From positions 16,535 to 80,534 of the IMG/VR virus record IMGVR_UViG_3300027859_000009: a stretch of DNA of 64,000 nt; one strand, written 5' to 3'. The stretch is from a virus. The position numbers and the translations under genes are program-made. Below the pieces are notes generated by a model. The model was given only the letters and a program-made list of their open reading frames with translations, was not told where the DNA came from and ran no database searches. Positions 31,477-41,401 of the stretch are shown here, piece by piece (within the stretch, counting starts at the first letter, position 1; every line of letters begins with the position of its first letter).

Positions 31477-31680
31477 ATGTCCAACAAAAAAGATTATTTA
31501 GTAGATAAGTTAATTAAAAAAATTCAAGTTTTATTAACAGAGCCGGAGTTTGAGGAGTTAAATAATATTATTTTAAGCGAAGCACTTCAAAATAAACAAA
31601 GACCTAGGTCTGTAAGTGCTTTTGTTAGAGAACTTGTTAAAAAAGAAATAAAAAGAATCGAAGATTCTGAAACAAAATAA
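31477..31680 (+). CDS. ribbon-helix-helix-like DNA-binding protein
   Basis: KKIQVLLT..E....L...SVSAFVRELV pattern. Confidence 0.5.
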   Translation: MSNKKDYLVDKLIKKIQVLLTEPEFEELNNIILSEALQNKQRPRSVSAFVRELVKKEIKRIEDSETK

Positions 31681-31695
31681 ATTAAATTTATATAA
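31670..31695 (+). promoter_or_regulatory. class II promoter
   Basis: AAAC-N17-TATAA. Confidence 0.6.
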
Positions 31696-31715
31696 ACCTT
31701 AAAAATTCATTAAAA

Positions 31716-32735
31716 ATGAGCAAAGAAGAAAACAAAAATGAAGAATTTGATAAATTCTTAAACAAAAAAGAAGAAGGCAACGGATACGATTCTGTTGAAA
31801 ACACTTCAACAGAAAAAGCTGGACCAGACTCAAACCCTGAGTTAGCCTCTTTTGAAGAAACAATCAATGAAAAAGGATTGGGTTCTGTAGATATTTCAAA
31901 CTATGGAAGAAAAAAGGCAGATTCTACAGATACTGTATTAGGTTATGTACCTCTATCTATGGAAACACTTTTTTCTAAAGGTAGATTTTATCCACAAGAC
32001 GCATCTATTCATGTTAGATCTGCAAAAGTTGCAGAAATTAGACATTTTTCAACAATGAACGAGCAAAATATTTTGGACATTGAAGAAAAATTAAACAACA
32101 TTGTAAAATCTTGTATTAGATTTGAATCAAAATCTAAAAAGCTTTCATATAAAGACCTTATGGAAGAAGATAGAATTGCAGTACTTTTAGCAATTAGAGA
32201 CCTTACTTTTCCAGAGCCTGAAAACAAAATCATAGTTCAAGCAGAAAATAGTTATGGTCAAACTAAAGATGTTGAGATTGCTACAAATAATTTTGTTGCA
32301 AATGAAATTCCAGAAGAAATAGAAAAGTATTACGATGTAGTTTCAAGATGTTTTAGAATTCAAACTCGCTCATCTGGAGAAATATTAATGAGACCCCCTT
32401 CTATTGGAGTTATGGAAGAAGTTACTAAGTATATTAGAACTCAGCAGGAAAGTAAAAAAAGATGGGACCAGGCCTTTATTCAAATCTTACCATATATTCA
32501 GTTAGATTGGAGAGGTTTTAGTTCAAAAGAAATCTTTAATCAAGAGATAGACTTCCAAGGTTGGAATGAGAAAAAATACATGGTAGTATATAGATTAGCA
32601 GAAAAAATGAGAATTGGCGCACAGCCGGAAATGCAAGTAGATGTTGACGGGGAGGACGTTTCGGTCCCTCTCGATTTCCCAGGTGGAGTCAAAAGCCTTT
32701 TCATTATTTCAGATCTCGCTGGAGAGCTTCTTTAA
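31716..32735 (+). CDS. baseplate hub / tail assembly chaperone (gp26-like)
   Basis: LFSKGRFY, L.E.DR..VLLAIRDLTF, MRPP motifs; upstream of tape measure. Confidence 0.65.
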   Translation: MSKEENKNEEFDKFLNKKEEGNGYDSVENTSTEKAGPDSNPELASFEETINEKGLGSVDISNYGRKKADSTDTVLGYVPLSMETLFSKGRFYPQDASIHVRSAKVAEIRHFSTMNEQNILDIEEKLNNIVKSCIRFESKSKKLSYKDLMEEDRIAVLLAIRDLTFPEPENKIIVQAENSYGQTKDVEIATNNFVANEIPEEIEKYYDVVSRCFRIQTRSSGEILMRPPSIGVMEEVTKYIRTQQESKKRWDQAFIQILPYIQLDWRGFSSKEIFNQEIDFQGWNEKKYMVVYRLAEKMRIGAQPEMQVDVDGEDVSVPLDFPGGVKSLFIISDLAGELL

Positions 32736-32982
32736 GGCTAAATTCTATCTGGGTTTTCATTTGCATCTCCAGCCTAGTGAAATTGATGCACTCGACTTTT
32801 ATGAGTATCAGTATTATATACAAAATCTTACTGAGCATCTTAAAAAGCAAAATAAAGAAGAGGCTGAACAAAATGAACAGATGCAAGAGCAATATGGTAC
32901 AAAAGCACCAAAAACACCAAAAATGAGTGATTATGGGGTAAATATGCCTAAAATTCCAAGTATGAAAATGCCTAAGTTTTAG
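32700..32982 (+). CDS. gp51-like hub assembly catalyst; start uncertain, possibly frameshift-expressed
   Basis: SLESFFKAKF.L..H...PSEIDALDFYE...YIQ.L.E.L pattern; no ATG near the conserved part. Confidence 0.55.
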
Positions 32983-33010
32983 AGATATATAATAAAAATA
33001 CTTAAGTTAG

Positions 33011-36000
33011 TTGGCAAGACCATTTTCATCCCCGTTTGAAAAATTATCAGTAGATAATCAGAAAGTTTTAATCGAACAGCTCTCCCCAGGAGGAGAGCTG
33101 TTTAGTTTGTTTGAAGAAATTTTAAATCAACTTCAAAGTACTGACGATCGCCAGCAAAAAGACGAAGCAAAAACAAAAGTAAGTTTATTTTCTGGTTTAA
33201 CAATTAAAGAAGCATTAGCATGGAAACTGCTAGGAGAAAAAGGTCTTCAATCTATAGGTAAAGGTTTAGGAGCGATAGCTGAAGTTATTGACAAAATGAC
33301 CACTGCCGGTAAAGAAGTTAAAGAAAGAATAGAAGGTATAGCGATGGGTATCGAAACGGTATTTGGCATTGCTCCTAAAATTCTTAAGTTTGCATTTACC
33401 ATGGTGCTAGCTCTTCCACTTTTAATGCTTGCCGTAGTAGCAGTGCCTTTTATAGGGCTATTGCTATTAGGTACTTTAGCAATAATGGGTATTTTAAGTA
33501 AAGTTGCAGAGAAACAAAAAGGAATGTATGAGAGTCTAGCTCTTTTAGGAGATGTAGGCGCTGCAATATTAAAATTTGGAGGTTATTTAGCACTTTCTGC
33601 ACTGGTATATCCAATAGCGTTACTTGGTATGATAGTAGTTATACCTACGTTGCTAATAATGTTAGCTGCGTTAACACTTATAGGACGTTTAGTAGACCCT
33701 AAATCTATGGAAAAATATAAAGGTTTAGAAGAAGTAGGTAAAGCAATACTTTTATTCGGTGGATATTTAGCACTCTCTTTATTAATATATCCATTTGCTA
33801 TATTAGCAACACCTATGGTTCTCGGAGTAATAGTTGGTTTTGCTGTAGTATTTGCTCTTTTAGATAGATTTGGTTTTGTAAAATCTGTAAATAAAGCTGG
33901 AAAAGCACTTAAACAAGTAGGAATAGCAATATTAGTATTAGGTGCCGCTTTATTTATTTTTGGACTTATTTTTCCACCTACCGTAGAAACATTTCAAACT
34001 TTAGGTTTTGTAATGTTAGTACTTGTAGGTATTTCTGCCGCTATGTGGTTAGTCGGTAAAATGTATAAAAAAATGAGAAAAGGTGCAATAGGACTTGCCT
34101 TAACAGGTCTTGCTATTCTAGTATTAGGATATGCCCTTAAGAAATTTGAAGAATCTTTGCCTGCCAATCCATGGGAATTCTTTGCTGAATTAGGAGTTGC
34201 ACTTGTAGGTTTAGGTGTAATAATGTATGGTTATGGTTCACAATGGAAAAGTATAGCAAAAGGTGCATTAGTACTTGCCGGATCTGGATTAGCCCTTGCA
34301 CTTATGGGATATGGTATTTCAGAAATAGGAGAAGCTTTAAATAGTACAGGAGATGCTTGGATGTTTATGGCTGAACTTGGAGTATTTCTTGTTGGTATGG
34401 GAGTTATGGCAGCAGGTTGGGGTGCAGCAGTAATGTTGATAGGTCCGGGTCTTTTAGCAATGGGTGGTGCAGGAGTTGCATTAAAATCAGTATCATGGGG
34501 TCTAGAAGGATTTATACCTATATTTAAAGGTTCAGAATGGAAATCTATGGTAGGCGAACATCATAAATCTAAAGGTATTTTAGGAATGGGTGGTGGATCT
34601 GTATCTAATTTTCAAGCTCTAATGGAAGCTGTAGGTTATAGCTTTATTTGGAACCCTGTTTCGGTTGCCGGTATTTTAGGAGGAGCAGCAGCTCTTGGTG
34701 CAGCAGGATTGGCATTAAAGCCTCTTGCTAAAGGTATTAATGATATGATTCCTATATTTAAAGGAAAAGGTTGGAAAGAAATGGTTGAAACTAAAGGAAA
34801 CCCTAAAGCCGGAGGTATTTTAGGATTTGGTGCTACTGAACAAACAAATATTCAACTTTTAATAAGTTCTATAGCAAACTCCTTTAAATTAGGCTTTGGT
34901 GTTATTAATGTAGGTGCAGGTGCAGGTGCAATGGCAATTGTAGGAAAATCTTTAAGTAAATTAGCAGTAGGACTAAATGATTTTATGAAATATAAAATAA
35001 GTAAAACTATTGCAAAGAATATTGCTTCTATGGTTGATGCAGTCGCCGGTACTTTTGGTGAGATAGGAAAAGAATATGGAGGTGCTGGCTTTTTTGGTTT
35101 GGGCGCAGGACCATTATATGATGGTATTGAAGCAACGATGGGAATGGGTGATGCTTTAACTAGCATCGCAAAAGGTATGGCTGCTGTAGCAGAACTTAGA
35201 TTTCCTACTTATGGAGACCCTAAAAACCCTGGTAAAATAACTGAATATATTACTTTAGATAAAGGTAAAATGAGAGACGTTTCAGCCAATGTTGCAGATA
35301 TGGTTGATGCTCTTGCAAGTGCTTTTGGTGAAGTAGGAAAGAGATATCCTAATAAGCCTGCATCTGGTTTATGGGGCTTTTTTGGAGGAACAGAGAATCC
35401 TGTAAAAACAGGTCTATCTTCAGTTAGTGGTATGGGAAGTGCATTAGGAGGAATTGCACAGGGAATGCAAGATTTCTCAACTCTTAAATTTCATAAATAT
35501 GATGACCCTACTAACCCTGAAAAAATAACAGCAACAATTGACTTAACCCAAGGAGACGTACTTAGTGAAGTTACTGCAAACATAGTTTCGATGATCGATT
35601 CTTTAGCAACAGGTTTTGCTCAAATAGGTATAAGATATCCAAAAGTAAAAAAGAAAGGTTGGTTCGGTATAACTTATTCTACTAATGGACCTGTTGGTGT
35701 AGGTATTGAACAATCTTCAGGTATGGGTGCTATTGTAGCGGCAATAGGTCAGGGAATGAGAGATTTTTCAGAAATGAAATTTCCGGTATATGATGGAACT
35801 AAAGTAGTAGAATACATTGATTTGACAAAAGGAAATGCCCTTAAAAAAGTTACAAGCAATATTACTGAAATGGTTCTATCTTTAGCTGGAGGTTTTGCTG
35901 AAGTTGCAAGAAGGTTCCCTAGAAAAAAATACAAAACTTGGTGGGGAGCTACCAGATATGCACCGGACGGTACAGTAGGTGAAGGGGTAAAACAGGCATC

Positions 36001-37363
36001 AGGTATGGGTGGTGTAATATCAGAATTAGGTTCTGGTTTAAAAGACTTTTCTACACTTAAATTTCCAATTTACAAAGGTACTAAAGTAGTAGGATATACC
36101 ACTCTTACTAGTCAGACTATGGGTAAGACGACTGACAATATCGTATATATGATAGAATCTCTCATGAATGGTTTTGCTAAGATAGGAGATAAATACGGTT
36201 CTTGGCCAGGTACTAGAAGTTCAGTACAACAAGGTGTACAAGCTGCGCAGGGCGCAGGATTTGAAGTTGCAATGTTGGCTATAGGTTTAAAGTCAATGGC
36301 TATGTTAAGATTCCCAATTTATAAAGGTAAGAGAATTGTAGGTTATGAATCTCTTACGGGAGATGGTATAGAAAAAGTAGCAAGAAATATTTATATGATG
36401 ATATCCTCTCCTTTAGATGCTTTCGGTAGGATTGGTAAAAAATATGGTGGAGAAGTCGTTAGTTTTATGGGAGTTAGAAGCGGAGATGGAGGAGACGTAG
36501 GTAAAGGTATTCTAGCCGCAAAAGAATTACCTAAAGGATTAGGAACAGTAATGGGTTCTATTTTGGGAGTAGTAAGTCATAAAAACTTTAAAGAAGTTGT
36601 AAAAGCAACACCTATAGTTTCTAAAATGGTTACTATGATAGGAGAATCATTTGAACCACTTGCTAAAGCAGGCCCTGATGGCATTATGGCTTCTGCAAAT
36701 GCAGTTAAATATTATTTTGAGCAGTTTGCAACTATAGAAACTCCAATCAAAAATTGGTTAAAGTTATCAGATAATTATAGAACTATGCAACTAACAAATA
36801 GATATTTTGCAGGTATCGCTCGCTCAACTAAAGAAATTGGAGAAACTCCAGTATTTGGTGCAATGATGCTTTCTAGATTAACTAAAACCCTACAAGATAG
36901 AAAATTAATGAAAACTGCCTTAGCAATGACACATATTGCAAATGCTTATAAAAAAATACAGGTATCTTCTACTGAAATGGAAATTGAGGCTTTAGAAAAG
37001 TCAACAGAGATGTTTAAAGCACTTTCTTATCTTACTGAACAGGGAGGTGAAACTGCAATAGAGGCATTAGGAGATAATTTAATTGAAGCTGTAAAAGAAT
37101 TAGCATCAATGATAGCTAATTTTGAACAGACTGTTGGTGACGCTAAAGACCAGAATGCTGATGTTGCTGAAAAAATGGAAAATACAGGAAGCATATTTGA
37201 TAGAGTAGCAGCAGTATTTTCAGATAATCCTGCAACACCAATAGGTCAGCCAACTCCTTCAGCTGATCCTTCACCATCTTCATCTTCTGGAGATATGCAA
37301 GAGTTAATAGATATATTGACTAGTGGTGACGCAATAGTTCAAGTACAAAAGACTTTTGATTAA
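33011..37363 (+). CDS. tape measure protein
   Basis: 1450 aa, TTG start, A/G-rich helical with many hydrophobic segments and repeated (L/M)(K/R)FP.Y units; follows tube and chaperone genes. Confidence 0.75.
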   Translation: MARPFSSPFEKLSVDNQKVLIEQLSPGGELFSLFEEILNQLQSTDDRQQKDEAKTKVSLFSGLTIKEALAWKLLGEKGLQSIGKGLGAIAEVIDKMTTAGKEVKERIEGIAMGIETVFGIAPKILKFAFTMVLALPLLMLAVVAVPFIGLLLLGTLAIMGILSKVAEKQKGMYESLALLGDVGAAILKFGGYLALSALVYPIALLGMIVVIPTLLIMLAALTLIGRLVDPKSMEKYKGLEEVGKAILLFGGYLALSLLIYPFAILATPMVLGVIVGFAVVFALLDRFGFVKSVNKAGKALKQVGIAILVLGAALFIFGLIFPPTVETFQTLGFVMLVLVGISAAMWLVGKMYKKMRKGAIGLALTGLAILVLGYALKKFEESLPANPWEFFAELGVALVGLGVIMYGYGSQWKSIAKGALVLAGSGLALALMGYGISEIGEALNSTGDAWMFMAELGVFLVGMGVMAAGWGAAVMLIGPGLLAMGGAGVALKSVSWGLEGFIPIFKGSEWKSMVGEHHKSKGILGMGGGSVSNFQALMEAVGYSFIWNPVSVAGILGGAAALGAAGLALKPLAKGINDMIPIFKGKGWKEMVETKGNPKAGGILGFGATEQTNIQLLISSIANSFKLGFGVINVGAGAGAMAIVGKSLSKLAVGLNDFMKYKISKTIAKNIASMVDAVAGTFGEIGKEYGGAGFFGLGAGPLYDGIEATMGMGDALTSIAKGMAAVAELRFPTYGDPKNPGKITEYITLDKGKMRDVSANVADMVDALASAFGEVGKRYPNKPASGLWGFFGGTENPVKTGLSSVSGMGSALGGIAQGMQDFSTLKFHKYDDPTNPEKITATIDLTQGDVLSEVTANIVSMIDSLATGFAQIGIRYPKVKKKGWFGITYSTNGPVGVGIEQSSGMGAIVAAIGQGMRDFSEMKFPVYDGTKVVEYIDLTKGNALKKVTSNITEMVLSLAGGFAEVARRFPRKKYKTWWGATRYAPDGTVGEGVKQASGMGGVISELGSGLKDFSTLKFPIYKGTKVVGYTTLTSQTMGKTTDNIVYMIESLMNGFAKIGDKYGSWPGTRSSVQQGVQAAQGAGFEVAMLAIGLKSMAMLRFPIYKGKRIVGYESLTGDGIEKVARNIYMMISSPLDAFGRIGKKYGGEVVSFMGVRSGDGGDVGKGILAAKELPKGLGTVMGSILGVVSHKNFKEVVKATPIVSKMVTMIGESFEPLAKAGPDGIMASANAVKYYFEQFATIETPIKNWLKLSDNYRTMQLTNRYFAGIARSTKEIGETPVFGAMMLSRLTKTLQDRKLMKTALAMTHIANAYKKIQVSSTEMEIEALEKSTEMFKALSYLTEQGGETAIEALGDNLIEAVKELASMIANFEQTVGDAKDQNADVAEKMENTGSIFDRVAAVFSDNPATPIGQPTPSADPSPSSSSGDMQELIDILTSGDAIVQVQKTFD

Positions 37364-37387
37364 ACTTTTTAATTTTATCTTATATAA
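37362..37387 (+). promoter_or_regulatory. class II promoter
   Basis: AAAC-N17-TATAA. Confidence 0.6.
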
Positions 37388-37408
37388 AAATAAAATAAAA
37401 TAAAAATT

Positions 37409-37648
37409 ATGCCAAAATTATCAGAAACTGTAAAATATAATTCAAGTACCATAAAATCTTCTCACTATAATTTTAAAGATAAAAATTTAGAAGTAATGTT
37501 TAAATCCGGTTCTGTATATGAATATAAGAGCGTTCCGATTATAAACTATACTTTTTTTAGAGATGGTGTTTCAACTGGAAAATCTTTTAACGAATATATC
37601 AAAGATTTTGATTTTACTAAAATTTTTGAAGAAGCAAAAGTTGATTAA
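37409..37648 (+). CDS. KTSC domain protein
   Basis: SSTIKS..Y......LEV.FKSG.VYEY..VP...S.GK.FN..IK. Confidence 0.88.
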   Translation: MPKLSETVKYNSSTIKSSHYNFKDKNLEVMFKSGSVYEYKSVPIINYTFFRDGVSTGKSFNEYIKDFDFTKIFEEAKVD

Positions 37649-37673
37649 TATATACTTAAAATAAATACAAACA

Positions 37674-37805
37674 ATGGCAAAATCAATATCATCTAAAGAA
37701 AAGGTACAAAAAACAAAAAGACCAGGAGTTCATTCTAAAAACAACACATCTAGGTCTAAAGAATCCAAAAACTATAAAAAGAAGTACAGAGGACAGGGCA
37801 AATAA
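37674..37805 (+). CDS. small basic protein (43 aa) ending KKYRGQGK
   Basis: Hand-translated: MAKSISSKEKVQKTKRPGVHSKNNTSRSKESKNYKKKYRGQGK. Confidence 0.7.
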   Translation: MAKSISSKEKVQKTKRPGVHSKNNTSRSKESKNYKKKYRGQGK

Positions 37806-37814
37806 CCCGGTTAC

Positions 37815-37916
37815 ATGGACTTACCTACTAAAATGGTCACATTAATAGCAGTTCTTGCATTTTTCATGATAGGCTTTGCCTTAAACCACATTGACAAAAA
37901 GTGGCCAAATAAATAA
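37815..37916 (+). CDS. 33-aa single-TM peptide
   Basis: MDLPTKMVTLIAVLAFFMIGFALNHIDKKWPNK. Confidence 0.45.
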   Translation: MDLPTKMVTLIAVLAFFMIGFALNHIDKKWPNK

Positions 37917-37940
37917 AACTTTTTTAAAAAAAAGTCACTC

Positions 37941-37982
37941 CAGATTTTTTTATGTCGTTTATTATTGTTATATTTATACTAT
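37941..37982 (+). promoter_or_regulatory. class I promoter repeat
   Basis: Same 42-bp motif. Confidence 0.8.
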
Positions 37983-38000
37983 AATTAATTAATCAAAACA

Positions 38001-38285
38001 ATGACAAAAATGACAAAAGTTAAAGTAGGAGACAAAGTTAGAAGTTTCGACTTCGATAGTCACGAAGTAAAAGGAAAAGATGCTTGTTACGTTGAAGGCG
38101 TAGTAGAAAGCATAGAAGGTCACCCGATGAGCGGTGACGGAGAATACGCTAAATTCAAAATCACTCTTAAAATCTTCGGTGGAGAAGAGAGAACAGAAGC
38201 TGTTGGAGAATATAACTGGGTTCCTCAAAATGGCCAAGAAACTTGGCTCGGAAAATTAACTAATCACTTAACAATAATAGCATAA
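38001..38285 (+). CDS. hypothetical SH3-like protein
   Basis: VKVGDKVRSFDF...YVEGVV. Confidence 0.6.
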   Translation: MTKMTKVKVGDKVRSFDFDSHEVKGKDACYVEGVVESIEGHPMSGDGEYAKFKITLKIFGGEERTEAVGEYNWVPQNGQETWLGKLTNHLTIIA

Positions 38286-38286
38286 T

Positions 38287-38499
38287 ATGTCAAACTCAAA
38301 GAAAAAATCATTTCCAGTATTTACAATAATATTTCTAATATTTTTAACTTTAAAGCTTGCTGAAATTGGACAAGTAGCAGCTTGGTCATGGTGGTGGGTA
38401 ACCGCACCTTTATGGCTACCTCTTATAGTAGGATTATTCGTAATAGGATTAACAATCACAGTAGGTGTAATTATAGCCTACATAAATAGTAAATTATAA
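38287..38499 (+). CDS. small membrane protein
   Basis: FLTLKL....WSWWWVTAPLW motif common in phage membrane proteins. Confidence 0.7.
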   Translation: MSNSKKKSFPVFTIIFLIFLTLKLAEIGQVAAWSWWWVTAPLWLPLIVGLFVIGLTITVGVIIAYINSKL

Positions 38500-38519
38500 A
38501 CCCTTAAAAACCAAAAATT

Positions 38520-38981
38520 ATGCCATGTTCAGATGCAGGAGCCTACGATTACTTAAACGACCACAGGACTCAAAGACAGTTAAATGAAAACGAAGCTCTT
38601 AGAAAAGAAGTTTTAAGACTTGAAAAACGATTAGAAGAATCTAAAACTGAAAAAGAATTAAAGCTTGAAGCAGAACTTCAAACTGCAAAAATAGCAGCTA
38701 AAGATTTCGCACAAAGATTAAATAAGACAACAGAGCTTTTATGTAATGCAACCTTTATATTATTCGAAGAAGGATATTTGCACGGAAATTCAAAACTTCA
38801 AGAGTGGTTTAACAATCATACCGAAGAAGACGCTAAAAGAATGAAAACCGATTTAGATAAAATAATGAAACGTAAAAACGGTACTATTCAAAGCCTTATT
38901 AAATGGTACGAAACCCTAGATGCAAAAGAGCAATGGGTATTTGAAACTCATAAAAATTTCAAAGGATATAAATTAAACTAA
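38520..38981 (+). CDS. hypothetical coiled-coil protein
   Basis: MPC.D start, LLC...W...H..ED..R. Confidence 0.6.
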   Translation: MPCSDAGAYDYLNDHRTQRQLNENEALRKEVLRLEKRLEESKTEKELKLEAELQTAKIAAKDFAQRLNKTTELLCNATFILFEEGYLHGNSKLQEWFNNHTEEDAKRMKTDLDKIMKRKNGTIQSLIKWYETLDAKEQWVFETHKNFKGYKLN

Positions 38982-38982
38982 A

Positions 38983-39183
38983 ATGGAAATAACATTAAAC
39001 AGAAAACACACAATAGACCAGATAGAATGGGTAACAACTGAATTCGAATGGCCTGAAGTAATGAGAAAAGAATGGGTTTCTTTTTTAAGAAGTAAAAAAG
39101 TTCATGAATTAAAAGATTTAAAAAGTTTACCTATGGAAGAATTAAACGAAATATACGGAGAAGCATATTCTCTATTAACATAA
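38983..39183 (+). CDS. hypothetical protein
   Basis: ORF in operon. Confidence 0.55.
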   Translation: MEITLNRKHTIDQIEWVTTEFEWPEVMRKEWVSFLRSKKVHELKDLKSLPMEELNEIYGEAYSLLT

Positions 39184-39196
39184 AAACAAAATAAAA

Positions 39197-39391
39197 ATGA
39201 AAAATATTTTAGAATACAAATTAAGTAGAATGGTACAACTGGTCGCTTTATTTAGTCTTCCAATAATTATATACGGCGAATGGATCGAACCTTACAGCCT
39301 TGAAAACAACATTTGGATAGGAATTAATGGAGCAGTATGGTTACACTTTTTAGACCGAGCACGAAATGGTCTACCATCTAAAAAAGTTTAA
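39197..39391 (+). CDS. small membrane protein
   Basis: Two hydrophobic segments. Confidence 0.55.
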   Translation: MKNILEYKLSRMVQLVALFSLPIIIYGEWIEPYSLENNIWIGINGAVWLHFLDRARNGLPSKKV

Positions 39392-39404
39392 AAATAAATC
39401 ACTC

Positions 39405-39445
39405 CAGATTTTTTTATGTCGTTTATTTTTATTATATTTAACTAT
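39405..39445 (+). promoter_or_regulatory. class I promoter repeat upstream of ligase
   Basis: Same motif. Confidence 0.8.
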
Positions 39446-39471
39446 AATTAATTAATCAAAACAATAACAAT

Positions 39472-40776
39472 ATGCTAGATAGACTACAAGAATTCGTAGA
39501 GAGGAGTAACTCAACAAACTCAAACACTGATAAATTAGATGTCTTAAGAGACTACTCGACAGATCAGGAGGTACTAGGAGCTCTTAGGTATACTTATTCA
39601 CCATTTAAACAATATCATGTTACTTCAAAAAATCTTAAAAAGAGAAGTGACCTGGTTAGTCCAATCGGAAACCAATACGGTAGTATATTTACCCTATTAG
39701 ATACGTTAAATGATAGAATAATCACAGGACATGATGCTATTGCAGCCGTAAACAGATTTATTCTCGAGAACAGACAATATGAAGAACTCATCTATAATAT
39801 TATAGATCGAAATCTTAAGACCCGTTCTACAGCTTCAATGATTAATAAAGTTGTACCCGGTCTCATACCAGGATTTGATGTTGCATTAGCCGCAACCTAT
39901 GATGAGAAAACAAAAAAGAAAGTCGATCTTGATACTGATGATTGGTACCTTTCTAGAAAATTGGACGGAGTCAGATGTTTAGCATTCTTCGACAACTTCG
40001 GAACTGTTACTTTTAAAAGTAGAAGTGGCAAACCATTTGATACACTTGGAAAAGTTGCTAAAGAACTTGAAGAACTGAAACTTTACAACGTCGTGATGGA
40101 TGGAGAGATTTGCATTGTTGATGAAAATGGTGATGAAGATTTTCAATCAATCATCAAAGAAATCAAAAGAAAAGACCACACTATCAAAAACCCATTATTT
40201 CAAATTTTTGATATGATATCGTTAGAAGACTTTGAGAATAAGACTTCAAGGGAAAAATTAAGTGAAAGACTTGATAATCTTGAAATGGTCTTCCATCACT
40301 TCGACCCTAAATACACCAAAGTACTTGAACAAGACCTCTTAACCAGTTGGGATATGTTTGAGTCTAAGATGGACCTAGCCGTTCAGAGTGGTTGGGAAGG
40401 TCTAATGCTACGAAAAGACGAGAAGTACAAAGGTAAAAGAAGTACAGATATCCTGAAGGTAAAGAAATTCTATGATGAAGAATATATCGTCGTAGACGTA
40501 GAGAACTCCCCCAATCGTGTAATTGTTGATGGAGTCGAAGTAGAAGAGATGATGCTAAAGAACGTCATCATAGAACACAAAGGCAATAGAGTACAGGTTG
40601 GAAGTGGTTTTACAATTGATGAAAGAAGAAACTATTTTGAAAACCCTAATAAAATATTAGGAAAGACCATAACAGTGCAGTACTTTGAAGAGACTACAAA
40701 TCAAAATGGCACCCATTCATTGAGGTTCCCAGTGATTAAAGCAGTCTACCAAAACGGAAGAGTTGATTATGTATAA
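39472..40776 (+). CDS. lig: ATP-dependent DNA ligase
   Basis: KLDGVR (motif I), SRSGK, DGEI, FD, EGLMLR, LKVK, VGSGF, LRFP. Confidence 0.95.
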   Translation: MLDRLQEFVERSNSTNSNTDKLDVLRDYSTDQEVLGALRYTYSPFKQYHVTSKNLKKRSDLVSPIGNQYGSIFTLLDTLNDRIITGHDAIAAVNRFILENRQYEELIYNIIDRNLKTRSTASMINKVVPGLIPGFDVALAATYDEKTKKKVDLDTDDWYLSRKLDGVRCLAFFDNFGTVTFKSRSGKPFDTLGKVAKELEELKLYNVVMDGEICIVDENGDEDFQSIIKEIKRKDHTIKNPLFQIFDMISLEDFENKTSREKLSERLDNLEMVFHHFDPKYTKVLEQDLLTSWDMFESKMDLAVQSGWEGLMLRKDEKYKGKRSTDILKVKKFYDEEYIVVDVENSPNRVIVDGVEVEEMMLKNVIIEHKGNRVQVGSGFTIDERRNYFENPNKILGKTITVQYFEETTNQNGTHSLRFPVIKAVYQNGRVDYV

Positions 40777-40788
40777 ACCAAAACTGAG

Positions 40789-40956
40789 ATGAGTAAAGAA
40801 GAAAGATTTGAGTTATGGGTAAATAAATTCAGAAATGAATTAACAGAAGGACAAATAGAAGTTCTACAAGATAGTTTATCTAATTTCGAATGGCCAGATG
40901 AATATAAAGAATTGATACAAGATAGAATAGAAGAACTTAAACCAAAACAAAGATGA
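40789..40956 (+). CDS. micro-gene cassette 1 (55 aa)
   Basis: Hand-translated MSKEERFELW...IEELKPKQR. Confidence 0.65.
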   Translation: MSKEERFELWVNKFRNELTEGQIEVLQDSLSNFEWPDEYKELIQDRIEELKPKQR

Positions 40957-41132
40957 GTCCAAATAAAGATGAAAAGAAATACTGGAATAGAATTTATGGT
41001 TTTTTAGGTAATAGTATTTATGAAATCTATGATACTGAAACGGCAGAAAAGAGAAAACTAAAAGGACAGAAAGTTTTTAAAGAGTTATTAGAACAGAGAT
41101 TAAACCGAAAAAAAGATGAAAGTAATAATTAA
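40953..41132 (+). CDS. micro-gene cassette 2 (59 aa)
   Basis: MSPNKDEKKYW...RLNRKKDESNN. Confidence 0.65.
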   Translation: MSPNKDEKKYWNRIYGFLGNSIYEIYDTETAEKRKLKGQKVFKELLEQRLNRKKDESNN

Positions 41133-41292
41133 ATACAATCCAGAATATAAGACTTCAGTAAAAGTACATGAAGTTAAAGAAGAAGAAGATGCTTGGGATC
41201 TAATAGATGAAGCCAAGCAAAGTTTTGGTCAAGGAATTATATTGACTGACCAGGAGTTTGCGCAATTAATAAACCAAAACAAAGATGAGTAA
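41116..41292 (+). CDS. micro-gene cassette 3 (58 aa)
   Basis: MKVIIKYNPE...QLINQNKDE. Confidence 0.65.
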   Translation: MKVIIKYNPEYKTSVKVHEVKEEEDAWDLIDEAKQSFGQGIILTDQEFAQLINQNKDE

Positions 41293-41389
41293 AATTTGGA
41301 AATACATTTTTAAAAAGAGATATAATTTTTTAGATGTAGTCATGGTTGCTATTATTAGTCAAATCATATATGAATACATTATAAAGTAA
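41285..41389 (+). CDS. micro-gene cassette 4 (34 aa, one TM)
   Basis: MSKIWKYIFKKRYNFLDVVMVAIISQIIYEYIIK. Confidence 0.55.
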   Translation: MSKIWKYIFKKRYNFLDVVMVAIISQIIYEYIIK

Positions 41390-41401
41390 ACCAAATTAAA
41401 G

